Sequence record: SRR20825019_616
DNA: 56,957 nt
Direction: 5' to 3' (one strand)
Every line of letters starts with the position of its first letter. Position 1 is the first letter of the stretch. The notes beneath the pieces are model-generated. The model was not told the origin of the DNA, searched no databases, and saw only the letters and a list, made by a program, of their open reading frames with translations. The translations under genes and the position numbers were made by a program. This document shows, one piece after another, positions 19,337 to 28,847 of the stretch.

Positions 19337-19792
19337 TTATAACGAGCGAACCGCACCTGCCTTGGGTACTTTATTGACAAAAAGCCAATAGCGGGCAAGC
19401 AACTTCATTTGTTCCGTAAACTCCCGATAATTGATCGACTTGGTGATAAAGCTGTTGGCACCCAGACGGTATGCATTCAACAGGTCTGCCGGCTCATCAG
19501 AGGATGTAACCATAACGACTGGCAGCCAGTTGGTCAGTGGAGAGGACCGAATACCTTTCAGGACCTCCAGGCCACTGACCTTGGGAAGCTTCACATCAAG
19601 CAAAACAAGACCGAGCGAATCCAGATCTTTACACGGCTGCCTGGCATCGTTGCCAAACAGGAAGTCCAGGGCTTCCTGCCCGTCTTCTTTTACGATGACA
19701 GGGCTGTTTTCGCTAGCACTCTTGAGGGCTCGCACTGCCAGAACCTGATCATCCGGGTTGTCTTCAACCACAAGGATTGAATGGCCATCCAT
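19337..19792 (-). CDS. Single-domain response regulator (Rcp1-like)
   Basis: ILVVEDNPDD, LLDVKLPKVSG, AYRLGANSFITK. Confidence 0.9.
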   Translation of the reverse strand: MDGHSILVVEDNPDDQVLAVRALKSASENSPVIVKEDGQEALDFLFGNDARQPCKDLDSLGLVLLDVKLPKVSGLEVLKGIRSSPLTNWLPVVMVTSSDEPADLLNAYRLGANSFITKSINYREFTEQMKLLARYWLFVNKVPKAGAVRSL

Positions 19793-19846
19793 GATTTTAT
19801 TTGCCCTTTCAATGAATTGCATTAATAGGTTGAATCTAACTACAGT

Positions 19847-21301
19847 CTAGTCCTGATCTCCCGAAACAGGCAACTTCACAACAAAACTTGCCCCCTCGCC
19901 CAATTGCGACGTAGCGGAAATATCGCCATGGTGCCGGCGAACAACGCGGTATACAGTCGCCAGGCCAATACCTGTGCCGCCGAACTCCGACGGCGTATGA
20001 AGTCGATTGAATGCCACAAACAGTTTGTCGATATACCTCATATCGAAGCCGACACCGTTATCACGAACCTCAATAGCAACCCAGCGCCCTTCTCTTCGAG
20101 ACAACACTTCGACAATTCGTTTTTCTTCTTTGGCGCTGTATTTCCAGGCGTTCGCCATCAGGTTCTGGAAGGCAACACGCAGCATTCGGCTGTCGCCTAC
20201 AACCCACATACCCGGCTGTATGAGAATTTCCGTTGGCACATCATCGCTGATGTCTTGCAGTTCTTCCGCAATTTCTTCCAACATCTGGCTCAAGTCTATC
20301 GTCTGATTTTCCATGGACTGTCGGCTGACGCGGGACAGAACAAGCAACCCATCGATCAGCCCCGCCATCCGTACACTGGCCGCGCGGATTCGCTTCAGAT
20401 AATCCTTACCGATCTCATTCAACTGATCGCCACAATCCTCTTCCAGGGCTTGCCCAAACCCTTCAACGGCTCTCAGGGGCTGCCTGAGGTCATGGGAGAC
20501 CGAGTAACTGAACGCTTCCAGTTCACGGTTGGCCATGCTCAGCTCGGAGGTCCTGGCCTCGACGATGCGTTCCAGGCTGTCACGGCTTTCCAGGATGCGG
20601 CGGTTCTGTTGCTGGATGGTGCTGATCATCTCATTGAAGGTGTTACCCAGACGCCCGAGTTCGTCGGTGCCGGAAACCGGCGCACGAATGGAATAGTCGT
20701 GATCCTGGGCAATGCGCTCAGCTGTCTCTGAAAGCTTGAGAATGGGTTCGGATACGATTCTCTGTAACCTGAGCGCCAGGAATACCAGTGCGATGAGGAT
20801 CACCGCCCCGATACCGGAGGCTACGGATACAAAGGTCCGGATATGGCCCCGCAAAACTTCAAGGTGTGATGAGAGGAAAAGCTGCCCGACCACTTCGTTG
20901 TCCAGTGTGACCGGCATCAGTAACTGGTAGACGTCTCCGACGAACCCTACTTCCAACGACGAACCAACCGATGGGCATTGCCCCTGTGGCCGGCCTGAAA
21001 GAGACGTCATCACGTCCCCTTGCTGGTTGTAGACACAGGCCTGCCGAATAGTGTCGATACGCTTGAGGCTGGTGATAATACTGCTCAGCTGCTCGTTGTC
21101 CTCGAACACCAGGGCGGCAGCGGACTGCTCCGCCAGGATGCCAGCGATGACATGAAGCTCGGATTCAAGCTGTTTCCGGTAATTCTGGTTCTCAACAAAG
21201 ATGAGGCTCGCGCAGACCAGGGTGATGCCAAGTGCGCTGGTGAACAACGTAAGGAATAGCAGTTTGGTTTTCAGTCGCCAGTATCGCCACCGCCCCATCA
21301 T
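19847..21301 (-). CDS. Sensor histidine kinase with CHASE8-like periplasmic domain and HAMP
   Basis: Two TMs, AAALVFED periplasmic motif as in YfiN, HAMP DELGRLGNTFNEM, H-box FSYSVSHDLRQPL, DNGVGF and GTGIGL boxes. Confidence 0.92.
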   Translation of the reverse strand: MMGRWRYWRLKTKLLFLTLFTSALGITLVCASLIFVENQNYRKQLESELHVIAGILAEQSAAALVFEDNEQLSSIITSLKRIDTIRQACVYNQQGDVMTSLSGRPQGQCPSVGSSLEVGFVGDVYQLLMPVTLDNEVVGQLFLSSHLEVLRGHIRTFVSVASGIGAVILIALVFLALRLQRIVSEPILKLSETAERIAQDHDYSIRAPVSGTDELGRLGNTFNEMISTIQQQNRRILESRDSLERIVEARTSELSMANRELEAFSYSVSHDLRQPLRAVEGFGQALEEDCGDQLNEIGKDYLKRIRAASVRMAGLIDGLLVLSRVSRQSMENQTIDLSQMLEEIAEELQDISDDVPTEILIQPGMWVVGDSRMLRVAFQNLMANAWKYSAKEEKRIVEVLSRREGRWVAIEVRDNGVGFDMRYIDKLFVAFNRLHTPSEFGGTGIGLATVYRVVRRHHGDISATSQLGEGASFVVKLPVSGDQD

Positions 21302-21849
21302 CTCAGGACCCTCACCGCCAGTTCCAGAAGCCTGGAGTTAATGGTCAGGCCCGCTTCCATTGCGGCTTTCAGGCTGATTTCGAAGCGAATAACATTACCC
21401 TGCTTCACGTAACCGACAATCCCGCCCTTGCGAATGAAGTCTGGCAAATCACTCACTGTCAGTATGCCTTCGTGGCTCTCGGCCATTTCGAGCAGTTCGT
21501 CGACATTTCTGGACTGGGATTGCCCTATATAAAGTACGTCGCATCCCGCGATATCGGCCGGAACGTTGGGGTATCGAAGCTGAAGCGCCCTGCCCTGGGA
21601 TTTACGACCTTGCATGGGGTCAAGCAGGTTGCCGAAGGGATCATCGCCGTAGATGCACACATCAAGAGGATCGGAAGCGGTTGCTCCATTTGACCAGGTA
21701 ATAAAACGTGTGAAGTTGTAGAGGAACGCCGCTTTGACTTCATATTCCGAGCGTATGGAAGCATGCGCCGACGCCAGGCTGAGACACAGGCTGAGAACTA
21801 GGGGAATAGAATATTTCAGGTGATCCCTCACGAGTCGGCCACGAAACAA
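21298..21849 (-). CDS. YfiR/HmsC-family (DUF4154) periplasmic protein
   Basis: EYEVKAAFLYNFTRFITW, VCIYGDDPF, GCDVLYI, IRFEI...INSRLLELA. Confidence 0.9.
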   Translation of the reverse strand: MFRGRLVRDHLKYSIPLVLSLCLSLASAHASIRSEYEVKAAFLYNFTRFITWSNGATASDPLDVCIYGDDPFGNLLDPMQGRKSQGRALQLRYPNVPADIAGCDVLYIGQSQSRNVDELLEMAESHEGILTVSDLPDFIRKGGIVGYVKQGNVIRFEISLKAAMEAGLTINSRLLELAVRVLR

Positions 21850-22020
21850 GTAGTCATGTTGAAAAATGAATTATATGGGAGCCCGGCACCTACGGAAGGT
21901 TAGCACCCGTTTCGCTGGCGTCAACTGTATCTTAAAACTGTACTCCCCCAATAGCACCCTTCTGTGTCTGTTCCGCCAACACCGGTCCAATAGAATTTTA
22001 ACAAGCACCGGAGGTGGAAT

Positions 22021-22212
22021 ATGAACATCGACAAAGTCCTGTTTCGCACACTCAAACACTATATTGAGAACCAAAAAACCCGCACACGCCTAAGAAGACG
22101 CCTGCGGGGAATGCCGATGAGAGAGCTGGATCGTTTGGCATGGGACATCGGAACAACCAGAGCTCAGCTGCTACGAGAGGCACACAGCCCGTTCTGGAAG
22201 ACGCATCGCTGA
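22021..22212 (+). CDS. DUF1127-like small protein
   Basis: Arg-rich, RELDRLAWDIGTTRAQLLREAHSPFW; GGAGG RBS. Confidence 0.75.
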   Translation: MNIDKVLFRTLKHYIENQKTRTRLRRRLRGMPMRELDRLAWDIGTTRAQLLREAHSPFWKTHR

Positions 22213-22240
22213 GCCCTGGGGAAAGGGATCAGCGTGACGA

Positions 22241-22489
22241 CTACTCCCGCCAGAATGGCTTGTGCGCTTCCTCTACCAGACTGCCGTGAGGCAACCCTAT
22301 GTCTTTTTCGACCAGTCTGGTGTCCATTTCATACAGCGACTGCCTCAATTGGTACCGGCGACTCCAACGTCCCGCATAGCGCTTGATAGCAGCGATGGCT
22401 CGCCTCATGAAAGCGTTCTTTGAGGGAACACATGCAATCGATGGTGCTTGTCTGAGTGTTTGATTGACGAGGATGGCTTTCATTTTCAT
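22241..22489 (-). CDS. DUF1127 small protein
   Basis: RQSLYEMDTRLVEKDIGL...EEAHKPFWR. Confidence 0.8.
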   Translation of the reverse strand: MKMKAILVNQTLRQAPSIACVPSKNAFMRRAIAAIKRYAGRWSRRYQLRQSLYEMDTRLVEKDIGLPHGSLVEEAHKPFWRE

Positions 22490-22563
22490 CTTCCTTTAAA
22501 TATGAACGATGACTACAATGAAACCATTCTCGACCCGCCGTACCAGGTCGTCCATCGACATTA

Positions 22564-22582
22564 TTTGAACCCGGTGTTCGAA
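22564..22582. promoter_or_regulatory. Imperfect dyad upstream of LysR, probable LysR binding site
   Basis: TTTGAAC-CCGGT-GTTCGAA (one mismatch) directly before the LysR start in a divergent region. Confidence 0.4.
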
Positions 22583-22586
22583 AAAT

Positions 22587-23471
22587 ATGAACATAAAGCT
22601 GGACAGGCTCAAGTCTTTTCTTCTGGTGGCTGAAGAGGCCAATCTGACTCGCGCGGCCGCTCGTCGTCATTCGACACCGTCTGCGGTGAGCGAGCACCTT
22701 CGCCAGCTTGAGGAAGAGTTCGAGGTTCTGCTGTTCGAGCGCAGTAAACAGGGAATGTCCCTGACCGCGGCTGGCGAGCGCTTGCTCATGCCCGTTCGCC
22801 AGGTGTTTACCGCCGTGGAAGATGTACGTAACACTGCGCTTTCCTTGCGTTCGGTGCCCCACGCAACACTCCGCCTTGGACTGAACTCTCCGCCTGAATA
22901 CCTTCGTGTAGACGAAGTGCTTCGCCGGAAGACGGACGCTCTCCCTCACCTCAACCTGGAAATGAAAACCCGGGCGTCAACCCAGATTGTCGAGCAAGTG
23001 CTTTCAGAAGAGCTGGATCTGGGGTATGTCTATGGCAACTGCGAGGACCCGAGGTTGAAGGTGGTGCCACTCACGCCAGTGCGTATTTCCGTTGTTGGCC
23101 CTGCGGATACGGAGCTCGACACCCTACCAGCCGACTTCGAGTCACGTCGGCGCCTGCCCTGGGTCTGGCCCAACCGGGACTGCCCGTTTTTTGATTTCAT
23201 GAAGGACCTGCTTGGCCCTCAGGCAAGCCTCTCCGACGCGGCCACCAGTTCCGACGACGAGTATTCCACGGTGGTTATGGTCAAATCCGGCATGGGGTTT
23301 GGGCTTGTGGAGCGGGAGTTCGCGGAACAATCACAGAGCCGCGGAGGGGTGCGTATTTTTGATGATCCGGAGATGATCACCAACCTCAATCTGATATGCG
23401 GCGTGCGAAACTATGAACGTTCAGAATTGCGGGCACTGTTCGATTTGATCGTCAGTGAATGGAAACCGTAA
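22587..23471 (+). CDS. LysR-family transcriptional regulator
   Basis: NLTRAAARRHSTPSAVSEHLRQLEEEFEVLLFERS HTH; 294 aa. Confidence 0.92.
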   Translation: MNIKLDRLKSFLLVAEEANLTRAAARRHSTPSAVSEHLRQLEEEFEVLLFERSKQGMSLTAAGERLLMPVRQVFTAVEDVRNTALSLRSVPHATLRLGLNSPPEYLRVDEVLRRKTDALPHLNLEMKTRASTQIVEQVLSEELDLGYVYGNCEDPRLKVVPLTPVRISVVGPADTELDTLPADFESRRRLPWVWPNRDCPFFDFMKDLLGPQASLSDAATSSDDEYSTVVMVKSGMGFGLVEREFAEQSQSRGGVRIFDDPEMITNLNLICGVRNYERSELRALFDLIVSEWKP

Positions 23472-23479
23472 CGGTATGC

Positions 23480-24172
23480 TCACGCCTTGGTGAACTTGTT
23501 AACCGAGCTGATTTGCTCACCGTTCCAGATAAACTCGAAATGCGCCGTCTGGATAACACTGCGGACGTGCCTGGGAGTGAACAATCCCCAGCAGGTATCG
23601 CCGGGTTTTCGAACAGAGTGATACCGAAGCCCTTCCGAGCCTGCCCTGTAGAGCCTGCGACCATAACTCCGTGAAGCCGCGTAGCTGTCAGCATCGTAGA
23701 TGGCGTCCCCAAAGGAGAGGGTCGTGGCGTCGTGCAGGGTCATCGTCCCCACCTTGCACTTAAGCCCCCGGAACACCAGCCGGTCGTAGTCCAAACCGTG
23801 AACGCCCTGCCAGTAGCGTGACTGGTGATAGGCCACCTCCGCTATCGCTGTATCGATGCTCTCCCCCATATACAGAACACCGTACTGGCCATCGCTGAAG
23901 CGGCTGCCTTCGGGGTTTACATGGGTAAACGGGCCGGTGGCGTAGGAGCAGCCAGGGATTCCGAACGGGATCTCCGCTTTGCGGATCAGGTTGAGATTAC
24001 CCAACTCGGTCTGAAGACGGGGGTTGGTGAGCGCTTGAAGTTCGTAGAGCGCATCAAACTCATCTTCGTCCGCCACATCATCAAACAGGCTGATGGGCGG
24101 AAACCTCGAGTTGATCAGGCGAAACCCGGTAATGCTCTCGGGTGTGATCGTTGGCGGCAGTTCCTGACTCAC
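23480..24172 (-). CDS. RES-domain toxin (MbcT/ParT-like NAD+-consuming)
   Basis: RLINSRFPP, GSRFSDGQYGVLY, TAIAEVAYH, GLRYHSVR. Confidence 0.88.
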   Translation of the reverse strand: MSQELPPTITPESITGFRLINSRFPPISLFDDVADEDEFDALYELQALTNPRLQTELGNLNLIRKAEIPFGIPGCSYATGPFTHVNPEGSRFSDGQYGVLYMGESIDTAIAEVAYHQSRYWQGVHGLDYDRLVFRGLKCKVGTMTLHDATTLSFGDAIYDADSYAASRSYGRRLYRAGSEGLRYHSVRKPGDTCWGLFTPRHVRSVIQTAHFEFIWNGEQISSVNKFTKA

Positions 24173-24582
24173 CAGAGCCCCCCGCGCAATACATCGATAC
24201 GCCTGAACGTTTCATACAAAGCAGCAAACTGGCCCGTACTGATAATCTCAAGGGGACTTTTGCCGTTGAAGTACGGATTGTCGTTTTTCAGGGCCATAAA
24301 GCCGTAAACGTTCTTCGGGTTCTCGAAGATCATCCGCAGGCAGCCATGGATGTTGACCAGATAACTGAGACGTTCAATCTGGTCATGGGTCAGGCTCGCC
24401 TGCTCCGGCGCTTTACGATACTTGTAGTACGCCGGGCGGGAGATCTGAAGGATTTTCTGTACCTGCTCGGGAGTACAGCCCCAACGGTCCAGAATATTAA
24501 ACACGGTTTTAAGGCCAACGCCGGAGACGTTGTTCTTTTGGACGGTTGCGAGTTTCTGCGCGTTACTCATAGCGGACACCAC
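24169..24582 (-). CDS. Xre/MbcA/ParS antitoxin
   Basis: FNILDRWG, DQIERLSYLVNIH, NDNPYFNGKSPLE; 4-bp overlap with the RES gene. Confidence 0.88.
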   Translation of the reverse strand: MVSAMSNAQKLATVQKNNVSGVGLKTVFNILDRWGCTPEQVQKILQISRPAYYKYRKAPEQASLTHDQIERLSYLVNIHGCLRMIFENPKNVYGFMALKNDNPYFNGKSPLEIISTGQFAALYETFRRIDVLRGGLW

Positions 24583-24669
24583 TGTTTTTCAGGCTTTCGC
24601 CCACTTAACACTTGGTATCATTGTAGACTTATAGCTACATTTTGTCTATACGCAGACTTTACAAACAAC

Positions 24670-25266
24670 TCACCCAGCGTGCTCTTCAGCAACATCGGCC
24701 AGATTTTTGTACTCGCAGTCCTGCTTCGCGATGAAGGCGTCCGCCGAATCAATCAGGATATTGTCGTCGCGCATGAACCGTCGACCCAACAACGCCGGAT
24801 AGGAAAACTTCCCACGGTCCGTGAGTGAGAACTCAGTTTTATGACTGGTACCGGCAATGCAGAAGTCCATAACCACCACAAACCGGCGCTGCGAGGGTGC
24901 GCCCTTGCGCTTGATCTTAACCGTACGCTCAACAGGCAGGCTGAACTCCAGAATCACCTCTTCCAGATTCTTGCCGTCGGCGTCGTCCTCATCCTGGTGG
25001 TCAGCCAGCGGCAACTGGAAACTGACCCATTCTTCATCACCTTTCATGAACGGCTCAACATTGACGGCATGCAGTGAAGAGGTTTTGGCCCCGGTGTCCA
25101 GCCGGGCCTTCATGCGTAGGCCCGTGCCCTCGAGCACAAGCCATTCAACAAAGCCAAGTCGCTCGGGCACAGCGTTTTCATTACTGCTGCTCTCAGCCAT
25201 GGCGATGGAGGGGATCAGGAACGCGAAAAGCGCAGCGACAACGTATCTCTTGGAGTCCGTCAACAT
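24670..25266 (-). CDS. Secreted retropepsin-like protease (RimK-associated 'ATP-dependent Zn protease' family)
   Basis: Signal peptide; KARLDTGAKTSSLHA, FSLTDRGKFSYPALLGRRF. Confidence 0.85.
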   Translation of the reverse strand: MLTDSKRYVVAALFAFLIPSIAMAESSSNENAVPERLGFVEWLVLEGTGLRMKARLDTGAKTSSLHAVNVEPFMKGDEEWVSFQLPLADHQDEDDADGKNLEEVILEFSLPVERTVKIKRKGAPSQRRFVVVMDFCIAGTSHKTEFSLTDRGKFSYPALLGRRFMRDDNILIDSADAFIAKQDCEYKNLADVAEEHAG

Positions 25267-25841
25267 TCAAAATCCTTTGTGGCAAAGTGTTTGAGTTCAG
25301 GGAAAAAGCTGAGGAACCTGTGTTCGAGTTCCTGGTCGTGGGCTTTGATCTCCTCGATGATTCCGCTGAACGCATTCCTGAACCGTATGCGATTGGCGAC
25401 CCGGTCCAGAGCATACCCAATGTTGTCAATGTCCTGGTATGAGCGGAACCAGTCGTAGAGAACGATCTGTTGAGTCACCTTTTGCATTTTCTCAGGCATC
25501 AACGACGCGTTTTCATCGAGTTCCCGATAGACCTGATCGATAAAGGTATCGGAATTCACATGACTAAAGCGTTGCCAGTTTCTTAACAGGTAGTGATCGT
25601 AGAGGATATCCAGCGCCACACCCGAGAAACGTCGGCGCTGAGGGGAGAACAACCGCTTGCTTGCAATGACTTGCGAATGCTGGTCGGTAAACGCATCCAC
25701 CGCCCTGTGATGCTGCAGCCCCACCCTCACTTCCCGGGGCAGTTCGTCCGGCACTATGCCTCTCGCAAAGTCCCCCAGCAGGCTGCCCACACGAACCTTG
25801 GGGGAATCTGGTGCGAGAAAAAGATGGGCAAGGTGATTCAA
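25260..25841 (-). CDS. acpH: Acyl carrier protein phosphodiesterase
   Basis: TTG start (M)NHLAHLFLA, GSLLGDFARG, HRAVDAFTD, LDILYDHYL. Confidence 0.9.
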   Translation of the reverse strand: MNHLAHLFLAPDSPKVRVGSLLGDFARGIVPDELPREVRVGLQHHRAVDAFTDQHSQVIASKRLFSPQRRRFSGVALDILYDHYLLRNWQRFSHVNSDTFIDQVYRELDENASLMPEKMQKVTQQIVLYDWFRSYQDIDNIGYALDRVANRIRFRNAFSGIIEEIKAHDQELEHRFLSFFPELKHFATKDFEC

Positions 25842-25908
25842 ACTAGCTCCCAATAACGGCGGCGAACAGGCCTCCGCCGCCAAGGTTTCTTTGTGCAGAG
25901 CGCTCCGA

Positions 25909-26454
25909 TCAGAAGTTGAAGGTGACGCCCAGGCCCAGACCGTCAACGGTGGAGCCATCCTTGTCATAGTAACGCATGTATTCCACGTTGCCAGACACTT
26001 CCGGTGCCAGCTCAACATTCACACCAGCGCCGTAGGAAAAGTCCGACTCATCCTCGGTGGTGGTCCCCAGGAACGACTTCGCTTCCACTTCAACCCGGGT
26101 TACACCGAAAATAACGTAAGGCGTTGCGGGTGATTCGTTCGCCAGATTCAGCGTGGCGTAGCCGCCGAAGAAATTGTCCAGCGAATAATCGACGCCGCCA
26201 ATGCGATCATCGTCCACGCCAAACCCAGCACGGGCTTCGAGCCCAAAGAAAGGCGACACAAGGCCACCCACCTTCGCGGACAGCGTACCAACGTCAACGT
26301 CGTCACTGCCGTTTTCGATATTGATAAAGCTGTAGTTCAGGCCCGCATAAAGGCTACCACCACCTGACTTGTAGACATCAGCGAAGGCGCCTTGGGAGAC
26401 CGCCATCAGCGGCGCTGCAGAAAGACCAAGCATCAATGCAATCGACTTTTTCAT
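25909..26454 (-). CDS. Outer-membrane beta-barrel (porin family/OmpA-TM-like) protein
   Basis: Signal peptide, amphipathic strands, SYGAGV, C-terminal F. Confidence 0.85.
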   Translation of the reverse strand: MKKSIALMLGLSAAPLMAVSQGAFADVYKSGGGSLYAGLNYSFINIENGSDDVDVGTLSAKVGGLVSPFFGLEARAGFGVDDDRIGGVDYSLDNFFGGYATLNLANESPATPYVIFGVTRVEVEAKSFLGTTTEDESDFSYGAGVNVELAPEVSGNVEYMRYYDKDGSTVDGLGLGVTFNF

Positions 26455-26621
26455 TTGAATTCTCCTTCCGGTTTCAAACCGAACTCACAATTCGAAGTTG
26501 CATCAGGCTGACGACAAACACCAGCGTTCGGATCCTTATTTACGCGGAATTTACAGTGATTTAATGTACCTCTAAGACCCTGACACACTGCGGGTTCCAC
26601 CTTGCGAAAGCCCCAAGCCGC

Positions 26622-28121
26622 ATGTATTCTGACGCCGTCTCTCTGTTCAGCCGGCTAGAGCGTCCTTTGAGAAACCTGAACCCCGTAATCTTTATCATGA
26701 GCGTCATGTTTATACTTCTTAGTATTTTCATGACCTTACCTGTGCTTCTTCTCGTAACTTCTGAATCGCCGAATGCCATGGCGTTTGCGGAGTCTGCGGC
26801 TATCTGTTTTGGCACGGGGCTGCTGGGCATTCTCGCGACCTACCGCCAGGCACGAGACCTGAAGCCCCGCTACATGTTCGTGCTGACCGTCTCCAGCTGG
26901 TTTATTATCGCCCTGCTCTCCTCGCTCCCGTTCTATCTCAGTGATCTGGGGCTCACCCTCGGCGAGGCCTTTTTCGAAGGCACATCCGGCATCACCACCA
27001 CCGGAGCCACGGTGCTTACCGGCCTGGACACCATGGATCAGGACCTACTGCTCTGGCGCTCTGTACTGCAATGGATTGGTGGCATCGGGATCATCGGCAT
27101 GTTCGTTGCCGTATTGCCCTTCCTCCGCGTGGGCGGCATGCGGCTTTTTGCAACGGAATCTTCAGAATGGACTGACAAGGCCCTGCCGCGAATGAAAACC
27201 CTCAGTCGGGGCCTGCTGTTGGTTTACGTGGTGTTTTCGGTGCTTGCGGTAACGACCTATTGGTTGTCCGGTATGAGCCTGTTTGATGCGTTCAACCATG
27301 GCCTGACGAGTATTGCGACCGGTGGCTTCTCCACATCCGACTTGTCCATGGGCAAGTTCGACTCCAACCTGATTCTGTTGGAAGCCACCCTGTTCATGAT
27401 GATCGGCAGCATGCCGTTCTTTCTTTTTGTCCGGGAAATGCATGGCCAGCACGGCGTGCTGTTCAGGGATCAGCAGGTGCGGCTGTTCGTGACCATCCTG
27501 CTGGTGGTACCTGCCTTACTGACTCTTTACCGCTGGTACGTCTCACCAGTGGAGTTCGACCTCGTTAACGGCTACGTGTCGACACTCTTCAATGTCACGT
27601 CTGTGGTCACAACAACAGGCTATGCCTCGGAAGATTACTCTGCGTGGGGCCCACTTGCGTTTGTGCTGTTTTTCTTTCTGATGTTTATCGGCGGGTGCTC
27701 CGGCTCAACAGCCGGGGGCATGAAAGTGTTCCGCTTCCAGCTCTCATTGATCGTACTGAGGGAGCAGCTGATGCGGCTGCTGCATCCCAGGGCCATATTC
27801 ACCCGCAACTACAATGGCCGCGCGGTCAGCGACGAAATTATCGCTTCGATGATTGCCTACACCTTTATCTTTCTGTTGTGCCTGCTGATCATAACGGTCG
27901 CGCTGGCAGCTCTGCAGTTGGACTTTATCACCAGCCTGTCCGGAGCACTCACCGTGCTGACCAACGTCGGCCCGGCGCTCGGCGACACAATTGGGCCAGC
28001 GGGCACTTTTGCACCGCTCCCGGAGCTTGCCAAATGGATTCTATCGGTGGGTATGCTGATGGGGCGTCTGGAAATACTGAGCGTGGTGATTGTGCTTTCA
28101 CCAGCGTTCTGGCGAAGCTAA
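26622..28121 (+). CDS. trkH: TrkH potassium uptake membrane protein
   Basis: SGITTTGAT, IATGGFS, VTTTGY, GGCSGSTAGGMK, NVGPALG, MLMGRLEI. Confidence 0.93.
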   Translation: MYSDAVSLFSRLERPLRNLNPVIFIMSVMFILLSIFMTLPVLLLVTSESPNAMAFAESAAICFGTGLLGILATYRQARDLKPRYMFVLTVSSWFIIALLSSLPFYLSDLGLTLGEAFFEGTSGITTTGATVLTGLDTMDQDLLLWRSVLQWIGGIGIIGMFVAVLPFLRVGGMRLFATESSEWTDKALPRMKTLSRGLLLVYVVFSVLAVTTYWLSGMSLFDAFNHGLTSIATGGFSTSDLSMGKFDSNLILLEATLFMMIGSMPFFLFVREMHGQHGVLFRDQQVRLFVTILLVVPALLTLYRWYVSPVEFDLVNGYVSTLFNVTSVVTTTGYASEDYSAWGPLAFVLFFFLMFIGGCSGSTAGGMKVFRFQLSLIVLREQLMRLLHPRAIFTRNYNGRAVSDEIIASMIAYTFIFLLCLLIITVALAALQLDFITSLSGALTVLTNVGPALGDTIGPAGTFAPLPELAKWILSVGMLMGRLEILSVVIVLSPAFWRS

Positions 28122-28172
28122 GCGAGGCAACCTGCCCTGCTTAGGCTTCGCCAATCGAACGGCAGGCGAGCT

Positions 28173-28832
28173 TTACAGCACGTTATCGCGAAGGAACTTA
28201 CCGATATCCACGATCTCTTCCATGCACACGCTGTGTTCCATCGGATAGGTCTCATACGTGGGTTCAAACCCCATGTCCTGCAGCTTTTCCACGCTTTGCC
28301 GGCCCAGGGCCTCCGGTACCATGGGGTCAAAGGTGCCATGATAGATCCGGATCGGGATATCACGATTCGCCTCTGAGCACTTCACAGTCTTCGCAGTGGC
28401 AAAGTATGTTGACAGGGCAATAATGCCCGCCAGGCGCTTCGGATAGCTCAACCCAAGCTCGTAGGCCACGGCGCCCCCCTGGGAAAATCCGGCAATCACA
28501 ATGTTCTCGCTCTTCACGCCACGCTCAATTTCCCGGTCCACCAGTTTTGCAACCGCGTCTGACGAGGCCATCAACTGATCGGTGTCCACCACTCGATCAA
28601 TATCCATTGCCTTGATGTCGTACCAGGCTGGCATCGTCATTCCACCGTTAATGGTGACCGGCATGTTGGGGGCGTGAGGAAAAATGAACCGAACAGCTGC
28701 ATTGTCGGGCAACCCCAACTCCGGCACTACCGGCTCGAAATCATGGCCACTGGCTCCAAGGCCATGCAGCCAGATAACGGCGGCAGTAGGATTGGGGTTG
28801 GTTTCCAATTCGATATATTGAAGTTCTTGCAC
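28173..28832 (-). CDS. Carboxylesterase/phospholipase (alpha/beta hydrolase)
   Basis: WLHGLGA, GFSQGG nucleophile, HGTFDPMV, MEHSV. Confidence 0.92.
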   Translation of the reverse strand: MQELQYIELETNPNPTAAVIWLHGLGASGHDFEPVVPELGLPDNAAVRFIFPHAPNMPVTINGGMTMPAWYDIKAMDIDRVVDTDQLMASSDAVAKLVDREIERGVKSENIVIAGFSQGGAVAYELGLSYPKRLAGIIALSTYFATAKTVKCSEANRDIPIRIYHGTFDPMVPEALGRQSVEKLQDMGFEPTYETYPMEHSVCMEEIVDIGKFLRDNVL

Positions 28833-28847
28833 AAAATACCTCGGGTA

